DNA of 63,626 nt, counting the filler, from Trichomonas gallinae (Eukaryota), in assembly GCA_008369845.1 (NCBI GenBank). It is 6 parts of 6 records of this genome, joined end to end, with 100 filler letters (N's around TTAATTAATTAA, not from the genome) between each part and the next. Parts side by side here need not be neighbours in the genome. Positions count along the whole stretch, not along the records: positions 62,047 to 63,626 come from MRSU01000963.1; 5 more parts are not named here. One strand, written 5' to 3'. Position numbers and translations under genes: made by a program. Below the pieces are notes generated by a model. It was given only the letters and a program-made list of their open reading frames with translations, made no database searches and had not been told where the DNA came from. This document shows, piece after piece, positions 62,219 through 63,626 of the stretch; within the stretch, counting starts at the first letter, position 1, and every line of letters starts with the position of its first letter.

Positions 62219-63244
62219 ATGACCCAAACAAGTCTTGCACTAACAGTAAATTATCAGTCAAAATCATTGGCAACGTCAATGATCAAGCTCAAAAATGGAG
62301 CTAATGACATTATAGCGAAAAAAGATCGTGAAATCGAAGATTTGAATTCTAAAATTGCAGATTTATTACAGCAACTGAATAATAAAAACTATGAAATTGA
62401 TAGCCAAGTTCAAAATAAAAACAATATCCTTCGTGAATTAGAAGTAGAATATGAGCAGATCGATACAAAATATGAAACTGAACTAGAAGTGCTTGAAAAT
62501 GCGCATAAACTTGAAATTAGCAACATACTTGAGCAGAATAAGAAAGAAATTAAGTCATTACAAGAAGAATTGATACGCTCGCGTGAGCAAGCTGAATTTT
62601 ACGCTGCAAGTCGCAAAAAAACATCGGAAATGATAGCAGGAAATTTTCCATCGAAGAAAGGGGATAATAAATCAGCACTAGAACATGCAGCACGCAATTT
62701 TCATGATAAACGATATAATCAAGCTTTAGCAGAGCAAGTTGAGCTCAAAACTAAAGATGATTCACTTAAAAATAGCTTGAAGGATCTACTGCAGAAGCAA
62801 CGAACAGTAAATGCTGAAAATACTAAAAAATTAGAACAAAATCTCAATAAAAAGCAGCTACCAAATGGAATAGATGCAAAATCAAACGCTAAACATAGTC
62901 ATAAAGATAACATCGGTGATATACAGCGCAAGCATGACAAAGAGCTTGAAAATGAGCGCGAAAAGAATAAAAAGGAAATTGACGAACTAGAAAAGAAGCT
63001 TGCGTCTTTGAATGATGACATAGAGAAGATACAGGCGACCCAAAACATCCCCATAAAAGATAAGAAGCTGAAAGGAAGTCAAAAGTCATATTCTTCATTA
63101 AACTCTCAATCTATCCAGAAAAGGCCGCAAAACCTCACCGGACTCGGCTTTGTTGACGCTGAAATAGTTAGACTCGTCAATGAGAATATATGGCTGAAGA
63201 ATCTTCTCGATAGGATGGACCAGCTCGCTTATGGAAAAGTTTAA
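62219..63244 (+). CDS. Coiled-coil hypothetical protein, 341 aa
   Basis: Intact ORF; K/E/L/N/Q-rich heptads. Confidence 0.8.
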   Translation: MTQTSLALTVNYQSKSLATSMIKLKNGANDIIAKKDREIEDLNSKIADLLQQLNNKNYEIDSQVQNKNNILRELEVEYEQIDTKYETELEVLENAHKLEISNILEQNKKEIKSLQEELIRSREQAEFYAASRKKTSEMIAGNFPSKKGDNKSALEHAARNFHDKRYNQALAEQVELKTKDDSLKNSLKDLLQKQRTVNAENTKKLEQNLNKKQLPNGIDAKSNAKHSHKDNIGDIQRKHDKELENEREKNKKEIDELEKKLASLNDDIEKIQATQNIPIKDKKLKGSQKSYSSLNSQSIQKRPQNLTGLGFVDAEIVRLVNENIWLKNLLDRMDQLAYGKV

Positions 63245-63556
63245 TATTGTTATTGTTTTAAATATATTTGTTTTTTATTCTCTATCTTTATGAAAACATT
63301 AAATATCGTCATTTTATCAAAACAATCTGTTAATATATTTATGAAAATTTATATCTTGATTTTCAAAGACTGTTACAATAATCATAATATAGATAATGTA
63401 GAAATAATTTATTACTATGAATGGCTTTGGTTGTTTCTTCAATTTTTTAAAAAAATCTTGTATTATTTATGCAAAAACAATCGTATCAAAATAGTTGCTA
63501 TTATTTTCATTAAATAAACAGCTTGAATATAAAATTTAAGAAAAAGGAAAAAGATT

Positions 63557-63626
63557 TGCACCGCCCGGGAATCGAACCCGGACCCCCACCTTGGCAAGGT
63601 GAAATTCTACCATTAGACCAGCGGTG
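63557..63626 (-). tRNA. tRNA-Gly(GCC); first base lies just outside the window
   Basis: Reverse complement CACCGCTGGTCTAATGGTAGAATTTCACCTTGCCAAGGTGGGGGTCCGGGTTCGATTCCCGGGCGGTGCA; loop TT-GCC-AA. Confidence 0.96.

Noticed and set aside
1829..63517. Numerous short antisense or alternate-frame ORFs overlapping real genes (e.g. 2545-2880, 18703-19170, 42127-42678, 54732-55343, 58797-59318) and AT-rich intergenic ORFs
   Set aside because: Shadow frames produced by codon bias or low complexity; no motifs, many with non-ATG starts

Overview
AT-rich, gene-dense, essentially intronless eukaryotic DNA from a trichomonad (parabasalid) protist. This is inferred from TCA(C/T)(T/A) initiator motifs just upstream of ATGs, AAAAATG start contexts, a one-cysteine small Tim, and ankyrin/Myb/E2F-like family members. 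Five 100-nt N...TTAATTAATTAA...N assembly spacers split the window, so adjacency across them is not guaranteed. About 30 protein genes are present, including a bacterial-type DUF5690 transporter, a DnaJ/thioredoxin-fold protein, Vps33-like, a long ankyrin protein, TTI1, a TRIP12/UPL3-like HECT ligase, Tim9/10, Sec61-alpha (truncated), bromodomain, PX, eL41, Myb, E2F-like, compact Med13, DHHC, a 1.6-kaa modular surface-type protein, P1 (truncated) and an ESCRT-I-like protein. Non-coding features absent from the ORF track: (i) a well-formed Pol III tRNA gene at 7384-7479 whose Ile(GAU)-type anticodon loop is restored only by removing 25 nt at a non-canonical site (31/32 or 30/31); (ii) a compact C/D snoRNA, an H/ACA candidate and the 5' Alu domain of a probable SRP RNA; (iii) a recurring intergenic motif TTTACAYGWCAAA in homotypic arrays, one phased at about 20.4 bp over nine copies; (iv) a 117-bp MITE-like element and a ~610-bp foldback element; (v) tRNA-Gly(GCC) at the window end. 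All protein family calls are by eye from motifs, without database searches.
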